Of a stretch of DNA of 47,760 nt, positions 16,993 to 26,626 are shown piece after piece. How positions within the stretch are numbered: position 1 is the first letter of the stretch; each line of letters starts with the position of its first letter. The notes beneath the pieces were generated by a model. It was not told where the DNA came from and did no database searches. It was given only the letters and a program-made list of their open reading frames with translations. The stretch is from Kiritimatiellia bacterium. Lineage in GTDB: Bacteria; Verrucomicrobiota; Kiritimatiellia; SLOV01. The position numbers and the translations under genes are program-made. The stretch is from contig CAUZEO010000004.1 in NCBI GenBank assembly GCA_963578625.1, positions 1-47,760 on the forward strand. Reading direction: 5' to 3'.

Positions 16993-18660
16993 TCAATTGT
17001 CGGCTGAAAGACGCACAAGGGAGGGATCGTAGTCCCCCGGAGCCTCATACCCCAGCAGGGTAAGGCAGGTCGCCGCGAGACTGCTGATACCCGCATCTGC
17101 CGGGTCAACCGCTTGAAACCGCCCTTCCCCCTCCGGGTCAAACAGGTACAACGGGACGGGATTCAGCGAATGTGCGGTCTTCCTTTGGGGCATTCCGGTG
17201 GCCGGATCAACTTTCACCGAACCTGTTTTCCGGTCCAGTTCGTACATTTCATCCGCGTTTCCGTGGTCTGCCGTCACGACCAGGATCGCGCCCGATTCCC
17301 GGGCGGCATCCAGCAGTCTACCCACCCCCAGGTCGACGGCTTCCACGGAAATCTCTACTGCAAGGCAATCACCGGTGTGACCCACCATATCTCCATTGGG
17401 ATAATTCAAGCGGATAAAATCGAACCGGCCGGATTTCATCGCATCCACGACGACATCCGTGATCTCGGAGGCTTTCATCCACGGTCGCTGCTCAAACGGA
17501 ATGTTGTCCGATTTGATTTCAACATACTCCTCAAGTGACGCATCGAATTTCCCGGATCGGTTCCCATTAAAGAAATACGTCACGTGACCAAATTTTTGGG
17601 TTTCACTTATCGCCAACTGGCGCACGCCGCTTCGGGCCAGGTATTCACCCATTGTCCGGTCGATGGCAGGCGGTTCGACCAGGTACTGCCGGGGAATGTG
17701 GAGATCCCCGTCGTACTCCATCATGCCGGCGAATTCGACTTCAGGCCGAGGGGATCGGTCGAACGGGTCGAAATCGTCGTCTTCGAACGCGCGGGTGATC
17801 TCGATCGCGCGGTCTCCGCGGAAGTTGAACAGGACCACGCTGTCTCCGTCGCAAATGGGACCGATCGGGCGACCGTCGCGCGTAATAACAAAAGGAGGGA
17901 GATCCTGATCGATCACGCCCGGGTTGTCGGCTCGATGCGATTCGATCGCCTCGCGAGCAGATTCGAATGCAGCGCCGGAACCTCGGACATGAACGTCCCA
18001 TCCCCTCTCCACCATACCCCAATCCGCATGATACCGGTCCATGGTGATGTTCAAGCGGCCGCCTCCGGAGGCAATCGCGAAATCCGCGTTCCCGCTCCCC
18101 TCACGAAGAGACGCAAGAAACGCCTCCAGACGATCCACATAGTCGAGCGCCGAGGTGGGGGGAACATCCCGCCCATCCAATAGCACGTGGACGCAGGCGC
18201 GGGACACGCCTGCTTCCAGGACCGTGGACAGCATCGATTCCAGGTGGGCGATGTGGGAGTGAACATTCCCGTCAGACAACAGCCCGATAAAGTGAAAGGC
18301 CGACTGGTTCTTCACGCAATTTTCGACCAGTTTACCCCAGATTTCACCCTGGTAGAGTGATCCGGACGACACCGCATCCTGGACGAGGCTGGCTCCCTGG
18401 CTGAAAACCCGCCCACAGCCGATTGCGTTGTGGCCGACTTCACTGTTACCCATGTCGTCGTCCGAAGGCATGCCGACAGCCAGCCCGTGCGCCCTGAGCC
18501 GGGTGTGGGGGGTGTTCGCCGCAAGCCAGTCCAGGTGTGGTGTGCTTGCCTTTTCGACCATGTCGCCGGGCCCGCCGTCGCCGATCCCTACGCCGTCCAT
18601 GATCACCAGCACCACCGCCCCCCGTGGTCCCTGGTAGCCTTTGAGTTTCTGTAGCCTCAT
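16993..18660 (-). CDS. gpmI: 2,3-bisphosphoglycerate-independent phosphoglycerate mutase
   Basis: IMDGVG, MGNSEVGH, LSDGNVHSH, DGRD, NFRGDR, ETQKFGHVTYF, NGDMVGH, TADHGNA and TAHS. Confidence 0.95.
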   Translation of the reverse strand: MRLQKLKGYQGPRGAVVLVIMDGVGIGDGGPGDMVEKASTPHLDWLAANTPHTRLRAHGLAVGMPSDDDMGNSEVGHNAIGCGRVFSQGASLVQDAVSSGSLYQGEIWGKLVENCVKNQSAFHFIGLLSDGNVHSHIAHLESMLSTVLEAGVSRACVHVLLDGRDVPPTSALDYVDRLEAFLASLREGSGNADFAIASGGGRLNITMDRYHADWGMVERGWDVHVRGSGAAFESAREAIESHRADNPGVIDQDLPPFVITRDGRPIGPICDGDSVVLFNFRGDRAIEITRAFEDDDFDPFDRSPRPEVEFAGMMEYDGDLHIPRQYLVEPPAIDRTMGEYLARSGVRQLAISETQKFGHVTYFFNGNRSGKFDASLEEYVEIKSDNIPFEQRPWMKASEITDVVVDAMKSGRFDFIRLNYPNGDMVGHTGDCLAVEISVEAVDLGVGRLLDAARESGAILVVTADHGNADEMYELDRKTGSVKVDPATGMPQRKTAHSLNPVPLYLFDPEGEGRFQAVDPADAGISSLAATCLTLLGYEAPGDYDPSLVRLSADN

Positions 18661-18791
18661 CAGAGAATTGCCGACTATGGACTCCCAATGGGATGACAGC
18701 AAGAAGGATGAGACGAGGGAATCCGCGCAACTCCACCTGAATTGTCAGGTTTTCTTTTGACGGCATCATGGGAGTTCGGCATAGTCAATAG

Positions 18792-19700
18792 ATGCAGGTG
18801 TCCGCACAGGACGAACTGAGCGCAGACGGCGTGGAGCAATTCCTCCACGGCGTGCGGAGCGTGATGAGCGATTCTCTTTCTTCGACCGCGCTCGGTGCAT
18901 TGCTGGAAAACAGCGGCAACGTAATCGCCACCGGTAAGATGTTACGGTCCCGCCTCGCGTATCGACTCGCCGGTGCAGGGCTTGTGTCCCAGGAAGACAT
19001 GACGCACGCCGCGGCCGCGGTGGAAATGGTGCATGCTGCCAGCCTGTTGCACGACGATGTGATCGACGGCGGAATGATCCGCCGCGAATCACCGACCTTC
19101 TGGCTTGAGCGCGGCATCTCCGGCGCCATCCTTCTAGGCGACCTTCTCCTTTTTAAGGCGCTCGATATCACATGCAAGCGGCACGCGAACAACGGCTGGA
19201 CAAACCGGCTGGTGGAAATGACCGGACAGGTCTGCGAAGCCGAATCCGAGCAGGAACTCCTCCTGCGAGGTTCCCCTCCGACCTGGGATCGTTGCGTGCG
19301 AATCGCCCGCTACAAGACCGGCGCTCTTTTCGCCTTTGTTTCTTTTGCCGCAGCCGGTGAAAACCCGGAACTGGAAGAGGCGTTGACCGAGGCAGGATAT
19401 GCCATTGGCACCGCCTACCAACTCGCCGACGATGTGCTGGATGCAACCGGATCCGAACAGGATTCAGGGAAAACTCTGGGAACGGATGAGGCGCGAGACA
19501 AAGTGACCGCAATCAGCGCCGCCGAGTTCGGCGATGTGGATCCACTGGAGAAGATCCAGGAGTTCTGCAACATGCCCACCGACCTCCTCGCGCCCTGGCC
19601 CGCCGTGAGCGAAGCATGGCGAGCCTACCTGGAAGCCGACTTCAATCCGTCAATCAACGGCCCGCTCAACAGCCTCGCCAAGGCCCAAGCCTCCGCCTGA
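18792..19700 (+). CDS. polyprenyl diphosphate synthase family protein
   Basis: GKMLR, FARM VHAASLLHDDVID, YKTG and SARM YQLADDVLD. Confidence 0.88.
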   Translation: MQVSAQDELSADGVEQFLHGVRSVMSDSLSSTALGALLENSGNVIATGKMLRSRLAYRLAGAGLVSQEDMTHAAAAVEMVHAASLLHDDVIDGGMIRRESPTFWLERGISGAILLGDLLLFKALDITCKRHANNGWTNRLVEMTGQVCEAESEQELLLRGSPPTWDRCVRIARYKTGALFAFVSFAAAGENPELEEALTEAGYAIGTAYQLADDVLDATGSEQDSGKTLGTDEARDKVTAISAAEFGDVDPLEKIQEFCNMPTDLLAPWPAVSEAWRAYLEADFNPSINGPLNSLAKAQASA

Positions 19701-19714
19701 TAATCCACCTCGCC

Positions 19715-19843
19715 TGGAGGGCGAAGCTTCCGCTGAGCCGCTCGGTTGGAATGGAGCATACCCGGGCTGAAATTGGAGGGTTGAGTTGTTTGTCTTTGAC
19801 TGGATGAATCAAGCAACCGGCTCAGCTGAAACTTCGCCCTCCA
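19715..19843. repeat. inverted pair of GGAG-type REP-like units (REPIN-like)
   Basis: tggagggcgaagcttccgctgagccg (19715-19740) and cggctcagctgaaacttcgccctcca (19818-19843): 24 of 26 complementary, 77-nt spacer. Confidence 0.75.
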
Positions 19844-19884
19844 AATGGCGTCTACGACTTGGCAGGGAGAAGGCCCGCCTCAAA

Positions 19885-20145
19885 TCAGCATTTCGCAGGG
19901 CGAGCCCAACATCCCAGTTTGCTGTGGGCAAACCAATCCCAGGGTTGCATTTCCAGCGCTCCGCGAAAATGGGCCGCCGCCGATGTAAAGTCCTCATCAA
20001 GTGAGGTCGCCACGATATGTTGTCAGGGCTTTTGTCGAATAGCCGAACCCAAAGACTCGAAGAGACGACTCCACCAAGCCAAGCAAGAGCAGCGGGATGC
20101 AGGTCATCGCGGCGAACCGAAAAAGCCAGGTTCTCCGCCCCCGAA
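19885..20145 (-). pseudogene. relic of a membrane-anchored TPR protein
   Basis: Manual translation: WLFRFAAMTCIPLLLLGLVESSLRVFGFGYST (N-terminal anchor) then a stop at 19997-19999. Another frame gives AAAHFRGALEMQPWDWFAHSKLG (TPR-like). No start codon. Confidence 0.5.
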
Positions 20146-20201
20146 CGAGAGCGTCCTATTCGGCCTTTAGTTTGGAATGACGGTTCTTCAGGGAGAGAGG
20201 G

Positions 20202-21152
20202 TCACTTCATCGCATCGAACACGGCCTTGGAGATCTGGATGTCCTGAACCGCTACTCCGGTGAGATCCGCGACCGTGATCTGGTCGTCCGACGTACGGCC
20301 TTGTGCCTTGCCCGTGATGACGTTGCCGAGTTCCACGATCTGATCGTCAGCAATAAGTCCCGCGCGGCGGGCATGCGAGATCTCCCCGCGTGTCTGGCTC
20401 TGTGGAATGCTGTCGGCGACAACGACATCAGCCTTGACGAGGATTTGTGAGTCGAGCTCGATCTTTTCCGGTGTGTCGGACCCCAGCGCCGTAATGTGCG
20501 TTCCCGGCCGGACATCATCCGCCTGCAACAGCGGCTCGTGGGACGGGGTGCACATAACAATCAGTTGGCAGGTGGCCGCGACTTCGGCGGCATCCTGCGT
20601 GGTGGAAATATTGAACCCATTCGACGTCATTGCCTGATCATAGGATTCCAGCGTCTCCGGATTGCGGCTCCATGCAAGAACGTCCTTGCAGTCGACAATG
20701 CCATCCAGAAACTCCAGCTGAATCTGACCCTGAGTCCCGCACCCGAACATGCCGATCCGTTCCAGATTTTTCGGAGCCAGGTATTTCGCGCACAGGGCGC
20801 CGGCCGCGGCGGTTCGAATGGTCGTAAGATAGCCGTTGTCCAAAAGGAAGGCTTCCGGCTCGCCGGTCTTTTGATTGTACACGAGCATCACCCCCTGAAT
20901 GCGGGACAACCCGAGGTCCGAATTCCCGGGAAAGTTCGAGGCGATCTTCGCAACGTAGTAGTCATCGCCCCGGATCGCGCCATACTTGATATGCACCTGT
21001 CCGGATGGTTCTTCGAAGAGCAATTCACCTGGATCCGGAACATCGACCTTCCCTGCAGAGTACGCCTCGAAGCCGTCGGCGATGGCCTGAATCGTATCGA
21101 TTCCTTCGAGTGCTTTCTTGATCTCGTCAATTCGCGCGATAACCGGTTTCAT
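20202..21152 (-). CDS. ornithine cyclodeaminase / mu-crystallin family protein
   Basis: HIKYG, VAKIAS, LTTIRTAAAGA, GCGTQG, HITALGSD.PEKIELD and DLTGVAVQD. Confidence 0.9.
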   Translation of the reverse strand: MKPVIARIDEIKKALEGIDTIQAIADGFEAYSAGKVDVPDPGELLFEEPSGQVHIKYGAIRGDDYYVAKIASNFPGNSDLGLSRIQGVMLVYNQKTGEPEAFLLDNGYLTTIRTAAAGALCAKYLAPKNLERIGMFGCGTQGQIQLEFLDGIVDCKDVLAWSRNPETLESYDQAMTSNGFNISTTQDAAEVAATCQLIVMCTPSHEPLLQADDVRPGTHITALGSDTPEKIELDSQILVKADVVVADSIPQSQTRGEISHARRAGLIADDQIVELGNVITGKAQGRTSDDQITVADLTGVAVQDIQISKAVFDAMK

Positions 21153-21260
21153 GTTGATCCCTTCAGATTCGACCTTCTTGCAATCCAATATTGAGTTGCA
21201 AACCTAGGATATTACCGCATTATTGGATGTCTGAGCAATGGAAAGGTTTCACTGCCCACC

Positions 21261-22472
21261 ATGCCACAGGAAGTCAAACAAAAGGCCATGTTTCAGCTCG
21301 CGGATCGATTGTCGGAAATCGCGCCGTCACAAATTCGGGAGTTGCACAATCTCTATACCTCGCTGCAGGTGGAACGGCCCGACATGTCCTTCGTCACGTT
21401 GCATTTCGGTGAACCGGATCTTGGAACGCCGCCATTCCTGATTGAGGCCGGGGCGAATGCCTTGCGCGATGGAGCGGTTTTCTATGAGCCGAACGCTGGC
21501 CGGGCAGACCTGCGGGACGAACTCGTTCGGTTTTACGAAAAATTCCACGCCCAAGCTCTGATGCCCGATCATTTTGTCGTTTCCTGCGGCACCATGCAGG
21601 CCATTTTCCTTTGTGTTGCCGGTCTGCTGAATCCGAACGACGGTGTCATCAACATCACGCCGGCATGGCCAAATTTCACGGGCGCCGCAAAATTGGTCGG
21701 TGCGGATGTGCACGAGGTAGCCCTGTCGTTCGACGAGCAGCGTTGCCGCTTTTGGATGGATTTTCAGAAATTGGAACAAACCATTGCGATTCATCCGAAT
21801 ATTCGGGTCGTCATCGCCAACTCCCCGTCAAACCCAACAGGTTGGGTGATGACCAGGTCGGAGAAAGAGCATTTGCTCGAATTCTGCCGGACAAATCAGC
21901 TCTACCTGATCGCCGATGAGATTTACGATCGCATCATCTACTCCAATGAAGGTCGCGAATCCTTCCTGAGCCTCAGCGAACCGGATGACCTGCTGATCGT
22001 TTTGAATGGCTTCTCGAAGACCTATTGCATGACCGGATGGCGGATCGGGTACCTTATCGCCAATCCCGACATCGCCCGGAAGATGGCGCAGATGCAGGAG
22101 TTCGTCACCTCCCACGCGCCCAGCATGGCCCAGGTCGCTGCAATCACCGCATTACGGGACGGTGAACCATTCATCGCGAAAAACCTGGTGCGCTACGAAG
22201 GCCTGCGCGATCTCGCGATGCAGGAGTTGCGGAAGATCGACAGCATTACCGTCGCACAGCCGGATGGAGCGTTCTACATATTCTTCCGCCTGCCCGGCAA
22301 TACGGACAGCGTGCCGTTCTGTCAGGCGTTGCTCCGGGAAACCGGCGTCGTGATCGCACCCGGAGGCGCGTTCGGCGAAGGGGGCGAAGGATGGGCTCGC
22401 ATCTGTTTCGCAACGGAGGAGAATCTCTTGGCAGATGCGATCGGGCGACTGAGATCATTTGTGCTGCAGTAG
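21261..22472 (+). CDS. PLP-dependent aminotransferase class I/II
   Basis: GEPD, NSPSNPTG, ADEIY, SKTYCMTGWRIG, GAFY and PGGAFG..GEGWARICFA. Confidence 0.92.
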   Translation: MPQEVKQKAMFQLADRLSEIAPSQIRELHNLYTSLQVERPDMSFVTLHFGEPDLGTPPFLIEAGANALRDGAVFYEPNAGRADLRDELVRFYEKFHAQALMPDHFVVSCGTMQAIFLCVAGLLNPNDGVINITPAWPNFTGAAKLVGADVHEVALSFDEQRCRFWMDFQKLEQTIAIHPNIRVVIANSPSNPTGWVMTRSEKEHLLEFCRTNQLYLIADEIYDRIIYSNEGRESFLSLSEPDDLLIVLNGFSKTYCMTGWRIGYLIANPDIARKMAQMQEFVTSHAPSMAQVAAITALRDGEPFIAKNLVRYEGLRDLAMQELRKIDSITVAQPDGAFYIFFRLPGNTDSVPFCQALLRETGVVIAPGGAFGEGGEGWARICFATEENLLADAIGRLRSFVLQ

Positions 22473-22499
22473 TCCACGGAGAAGGAGAACGAGGAGAAA

Positions 22500-22531
22500 G
22501 GGTCACTTTTCATGGGTGATCCCATTTTTTT
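22500..22531 (+). terminator. possible Rho-independent terminator
   Basis: gggtcac...gtgatccc hairpin followed by a T7 run, about 30 nt after the aminotransferase stop. Confidence 0.45.
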
Positions 22532-22559
22532 GTGAGCTCTTCTGAAGGCAAGGTCGCTA

Positions 22560-22735
22560 TCTTGCGGAGACCGGAGGAAAATTACGAAGGCCGAAACCGA
22601 TTCCATTGGAGCTCAAGCTGTCGCTCCGATTCGGATCGGTTCATGATCAGCCAACATCTGCAGGAGGATATCGTTCTGCAGCCCCGTACCTTTGTCACGA
22701 ATTTCAAACACCACCAGCGTTCTGCCCCGACTGCG
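22560..22735 (-). pseudogene. possible histidine kinase HATPase_c fragment
   Basis: LVVFEIRDKGTGLQNDIL (G1-box-like), then in a shifted frame DPNRSDSLSSNGIGFGL (G2-box-like). Short and disrupted. Confidence 0.35.
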
Positions 22736-22959
22736 ACCGGGCTGCCGAGCGCCAAGGCCGACACCCCCTAAACCCTCTTCACCGCCGACACCGACACCGC
22801 TCAAGCAGAACTCTTCAACGATTCATCCTGATCCTTACCCCAAATTCGGACTAAACTGTTACACCCATTCCCATTTCTGCCCTTTTCTCTATTTTCTCTC
22901 GCCACCGACAACGACACCCCATAGATTTTGGTGACGAGGAAAGAAGAAGGAGTTGTACA

Positions 22960-23349
22960 GTGACTGAGAAAACGACGAAATCTTTTGCCGCGCACGCGAA
23001 GGATGCCCAGTGGAGTAAGGATCTACGGCCCTACCTCGCATACCGCGACCTGGGAATCAAGGAAGCCACGAAAGGCAAAGTGCTGGCGCACATCATTCGC
23101 GCCGATCAGCCCTGCACAGGTGCGATGGGATACCATTCTCACGAACTCGAATTCCAGATGGTCTACCTGATCAAGGGCTGGGCGCATCTCTACTTTGAGG
23201 ACATCGGGGAGGTCCGCGTCGAGGCCGGAGACGCCTGGTACCAGGCGCCCGGCGTCAGGCACGAGGTGCTTGAATATTCGGATGACTGGGAAGTTCTCGA
23301 GATCACGATGCCTGCCGATTTTGAGACGCACGAGGAGGAGCGATCTTGA
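22960..23349 (+). CDS. cupin domain protein
   Basis: HSHELEFQMVYLIKG ... GDAWYQAPGVRHE. AAGGAG SD before the GTG start. Confidence 0.88.
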   Translation: MTEKTTKSFAAHAKDAQWSKDLRPYLAYRDLGIKEATKGKVLAHIIRADQPCTGAMGYHSHELEFQMVYLIKGWAHLYFEDIGEVRVEAGDAWYQAPGVRHEVLEYSDDWEVLEITMPADFETHEEERS

Positions 23350-23391
23350 CGCTGCTCTCATCTCGTCTCTAACACGAACTGAAGATTCAGC

Positions 23392-24273
23392 ATGAAAATC
23401 GGATTCATCGGCCTGGGGAAGATGGGACATCCGATGGCGGCAAACATCCTGAAGGCCGGGTATGAGTTAACCATCCTGGATGTGCGGCGCGAGTCGAGCC
23501 AAGATCTCGAAGCAGCCGGGGCGGGCCGGGTCGATACGCCCTATGAGGTAGCGGCGCGATCCGATGTGCTGCTGACTTGTTTGCCCAGCCCCGAGGTGGC
23601 TAACGAGGTGGTACTGGGAGAGGAGGGGGTATTTGCAGGCATGGCCCGGAACAGTACCTATATCGACACGGGCACCAACCCGCCATCCTTCATGCGGCGA
23701 ATCTCGGGGATCGGGCAGGAGCGGGGAATTCACGTTCTTGATGCGCCGATCAGCGGAGGCACTGTCGGTGCCCGGGCCGCAACGCTGACGATCTTCGTTG
23801 GCGGCATCGAAGAAGACCTGGAGCGCGTCCGGCCCGTGCTGGAGACAATTGGCAGGAAGATCGTCTACATGGGTCCCGCAGGCTCGGGAAATGCGATTAA
23901 GTTGATCAACAACCTGATGTTATTCGTGAATTTTGTTGGCGCTTGCGAAGGCGTGGCCATGGGGGCTCGGGCCGGAATCGAGCCGCGACTCCTGCTCGAC
24001 GTGATTACGTCGAGTATGGGACAAAGCCGAATCTTCGAACATGCGCTCGCGGCGTTCCTGGACGGAGAGGCGATTGGGGGGACAACCGACCTGGCGGCCA
24101 AGGATATGCAACTGGGGGTTGAATTTGCGGATGAACTGGGCGTACCCGCCGATGTCGGTGCACTGGTCCGCGATATCTTCATCCGGTTCCGCGATGAGAG
24201 AGGCCGGGCAGAAGAGGAGTACACGGAGTTGATACAGGATTACTTGAACCGCTCGGGTGGGGCATGGAACTAG
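23392..24273 (+). CDS. beta-hydroxyacid (3-hydroxyisobutyrate-type) dehydrogenase family protein
   Basis: IGFIGLGKMGHPMA, LDAPISGG, GSGNAIKLINN and KDM. Confidence 0.9.
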   Translation: MKIGFIGLGKMGHPMAANILKAGYELTILDVRRESSQDLEAAGAGRVDTPYEVAARSDVLLTCLPSPEVANEVVLGEEGVFAGMARNSTYIDTGTNPPSFMRRISGIGQERGIHVLDAPISGGTVGARAATLTIFVGGIEEDLERVRPVLETIGRKIVYMGPAGSGNAIKLINNLMLFVNFVGACEGVAMGARAGIEPRLLLDVITSSMGQSRIFEHALAAFLDGEAIGGTTDLAAKDMQLGVEFADELGVPADVGALVRDIFIRFRDERGRAEEEYTELIQDYLNRSGGAWN

Positions 24274-25052
24274 GGCTGGCAGGCAAACGCGCGATCGTCA
24301 CCGGCGGCTCCCGCGGCATCGGCCGATGTTGTGCGCTTGCCCTGGCACGGGAAGGGGTTCGGGTCTGTGTCACGGCTCGGAACCGGGACCCACTGGACCG
24401 GACCGTGGAGGAAATCCATGCCAAGGGTGGAGAATGCCATGCCGTCGCGACCGACCTGGGTACGCCGGAGGGATGTAAACAGGCGGTGGACGAGACCGTG
24501 ACCCGCTTCGGTGGCGTCGATATCCTGATCAACAACGTCGGCGCGGCTCGAGGTGGTGACATCCTGTCGCTTCCAACGGAGCAGATTGACGAAGCGCTGG
24601 GCCTGAAGACCTACAGCTATCTACGGATGGCGCAACGGGTGATTCCGTACATGCGGGAAAACCACTGGGGCCGGATCATAAATATAGGGGGGGGCGCGGG
24701 TAGCAGTCCCGATCGGAAGAACATCCCCTTAAGCCTCGCCAACGTCGCCATTCTGAACATGACCCGCGCGCTATCTGACGCGGTTTCGGGGGACGGAATC
24801 CTCGTAAACACAGTCTGTCCAGGACTGACCAACACCGAGCGGGCGCGTAGCATTCAGGAGGCGCGGGCCGACACGGAGGGCCGGGACGTAGAGGACCTGC
24901 TCAAGGAGATTGGCGGAAAGTTGCCGGCCGGGCGTATTGCCGAGCCCGAGGAGATTGCCCATGTGGTGTCCTTTTTGGCATCAGAGCCTTGCTCCTATAT
25001 GTTCGGCAGCTCCATATACATGGATGGTGGTGAAAGACGATGCACCCCGTAA
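24264..25052 (+). CDS. short-chain dehydrogenase/reductase
   Basis: TGGSRGIG, DILINNVG, GRIINIGG, VNTVCPG and FLAS...MDGG. The canonical YxxxK is absent (LSLAN). Overlaps the upstream stop. Confidence 0.88.
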   Translation: MELGLAGKRAIVTGGSRGIGRCCALALAREGVRVCVTARNRDPLDRTVEEIHAKGGECHAVATDLGTPEGCKQAVDETVTRFGGVDILINNVGAARGGDILSLPTEQIDEALGLKTYSYLRMAQRVIPYMRENHWGRIINIGGGAGSSPDRKNIPLSLANVAILNMTRALSDAVSGDGILVNTVCPGLTNTERARSIQEARADTEGRDVEDLLKEIGGKLPAGRIAEPEEIAHVVSFLASEPCSYMFGSSIYMDGGERRCTP

Positions 25053-25158
25053 GGAAAACGAGTGCGATTGGGAATTGCGAAAACCACAAACCGAAAAGCG
25101 GCCTTGTTTTCGGTATTGAATCGAGATTGCTTTCGCCTTATTTTCTTCCAACCTTGGA

Positions 25159-25186
25159 TTGACATTGGATGGCGCTTCGTTAATTT
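25159..25186 (+). promoter_or_regulatory. putative sigma70 promoter of the nqr operon
   Basis: TTGACA-N16-TAATTT, about 70 nt upstream of nqrA. Confidence 0.4.
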
Positions 25187-25255
25187 ATCCCCAAATTTTT
25201 CAAGAGGACGATAGTTTCTCCTTCCGCTGGTCGACTGGTTTTCCGGATCTATAAA

Positions 25256-26626
25256 ATGGCTGAATTCTCGACGAGGAAAGGGTTCCATATTCGACTCTCC
25301 GGCGCCCCGTCCGACGAAGTGAAAATCGTCGATGGGAGCGACGAGGCGGCGGTCTATCCACAGGAATTCGCCGGAATCAAGCCCCGTCTCCTGGTGAAGG
25401 AAGGGGACTCGGTGAAGCAGGGAAGCCCCCTGTTTATCGACAAAAAGTGCCCGGAACTACGGTTTAGTTCTCCGGCCGCCGGCAAAATCCGGACCATCGA
25501 ATACGGTCCGCGCCGGGCCATCGAAAAAGTCATCATAGATCTCGCCGCCTCCCAGCAAACCGAGGCCTTTCCCGCTTTCGAGCCGGCCTCGCTGCGGTCG
25601 GCCGCGCGCGATCGGGTCATCGAAATCCTCACCACATCAGGCTATCTGGCCTATCTGGTGGAGCGTCCCTTTTCGAGAATTCCGAACCCGGCGGTCAGCC
25701 CGAAGTCCATTTTCGTGAATGCAATGGACACCGCGCCGTTCCACACCGATATCTGCGTGGCTATGGCCGGCCAGGACGCCGCCTTCCAGGCAGGGCTGCT
25801 TGCTCTTGGCCGGTTGACCGACGGTCTCGTGCACCTGGTCCTTCCCGGAGACCATGACAATCTTCCCAAGGCTCTAACCCATGCGGACGGCGTGGAGATT
25901 CATCGCGCGACCGGTCCCCACCCCGCCGGAAATACAAGTTTTCACATCCACAACATCGACCCGATTGTGCCGGGAGACGTTGTGTGGACCATTCGGGCAG
26001 ACGATTTGATCCAGATCGGACGCCTTTTACTGGACGGCAAAGTTCCCGCGAACCGGGTGGTGGCGCTGGGAGGGCCGGGGGTCGGCAATGGGAGCGGTTG
26101 TCACTACCGGGTCCCGATCGGTGCGCCTCTGCATCATCTTCTCAATGGAAACCTGACCAGCGGTGAAAAACGCGTCGTGAACGGCGATGTCATGGGCGGA
26201 ACTCAAATCGCCCCGGATGGGCACCTCCCCTTCCGATGTTCCGGACTGACCGTGATCGCGGAAGATCGCTCACGCCATTTCATGGGCTGGGCTGGGCCCG
26301 GACTCGGCCGATTCAGTATGTCCCGCGCCTATCTCTCGTGGTGGGTGGCGCGGGAAAAGTCCTGGGACCTCGGATCCAGCCAGAATGGAAGCCTTCGCTC
26401 CATGGTCCTTACCGGGCTGTACGATAAGTATATGCCGATGAATATCATGGTAGACTACCTGGTCCGGGCGGTGATCGCCAACGATACGGAAGCAGCGATT
26501 CAACTCGGCATTCTGGAAACCGACCCCGAAGATTTCGCGGCCTGCGCATTTGCCTGCCCATCGAAAATGGATTTGGTTGGAATTGTCAGAAAAGGTCTCG
26601 CGATGGTCGAAGAGGAAGGAATTTAG
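25256..26626 (+). CDS. nqrA: Na(+)-translocating NADH:quinone reductase subunit A
   Basis: KPRLLVKEGDSVKQGSPLF, IFVNAMDTAP, GPHPAGN and EDFAACAFACPSK. First gene of the nqr operon. Confidence 0.93.
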   Translation: MAEFSTRKGFHIRLSGAPSDEVKIVDGSDEAAVYPQEFAGIKPRLLVKEGDSVKQGSPLFIDKKCPELRFSSPAAGKIRTIEYGPRRAIEKVIIDLAASQQTEAFPAFEPASLRSAARDRVIEILTTSGYLAYLVERPFSRIPNPAVSPKSIFVNAMDTAPFHTDICVAMAGQDAAFQAGLLALGRLTDGLVHLVLPGDHDNLPKALTHADGVEIHRATGPHPAGNTSFHIHNIDPIVPGDVVWTIRADDLIQIGRLLLDGKVPANRVVALGGPGVGNGSGCHYRVPIGAPLHHLLNGNLTSGEKRVVNGDVMGGTQIAPDGHLPFRCSGLTVIAEDRSRHFMGWAGPGLGRFSMSRAYLSWWVAREKSWDLGSSQNGSLRSMVLTGLYDKYMPMNIMVDYLVRAVIANDTEAAIQLGILETDPEDFAACAFACPSKMDLVGIVRKGLAMVEEEGI

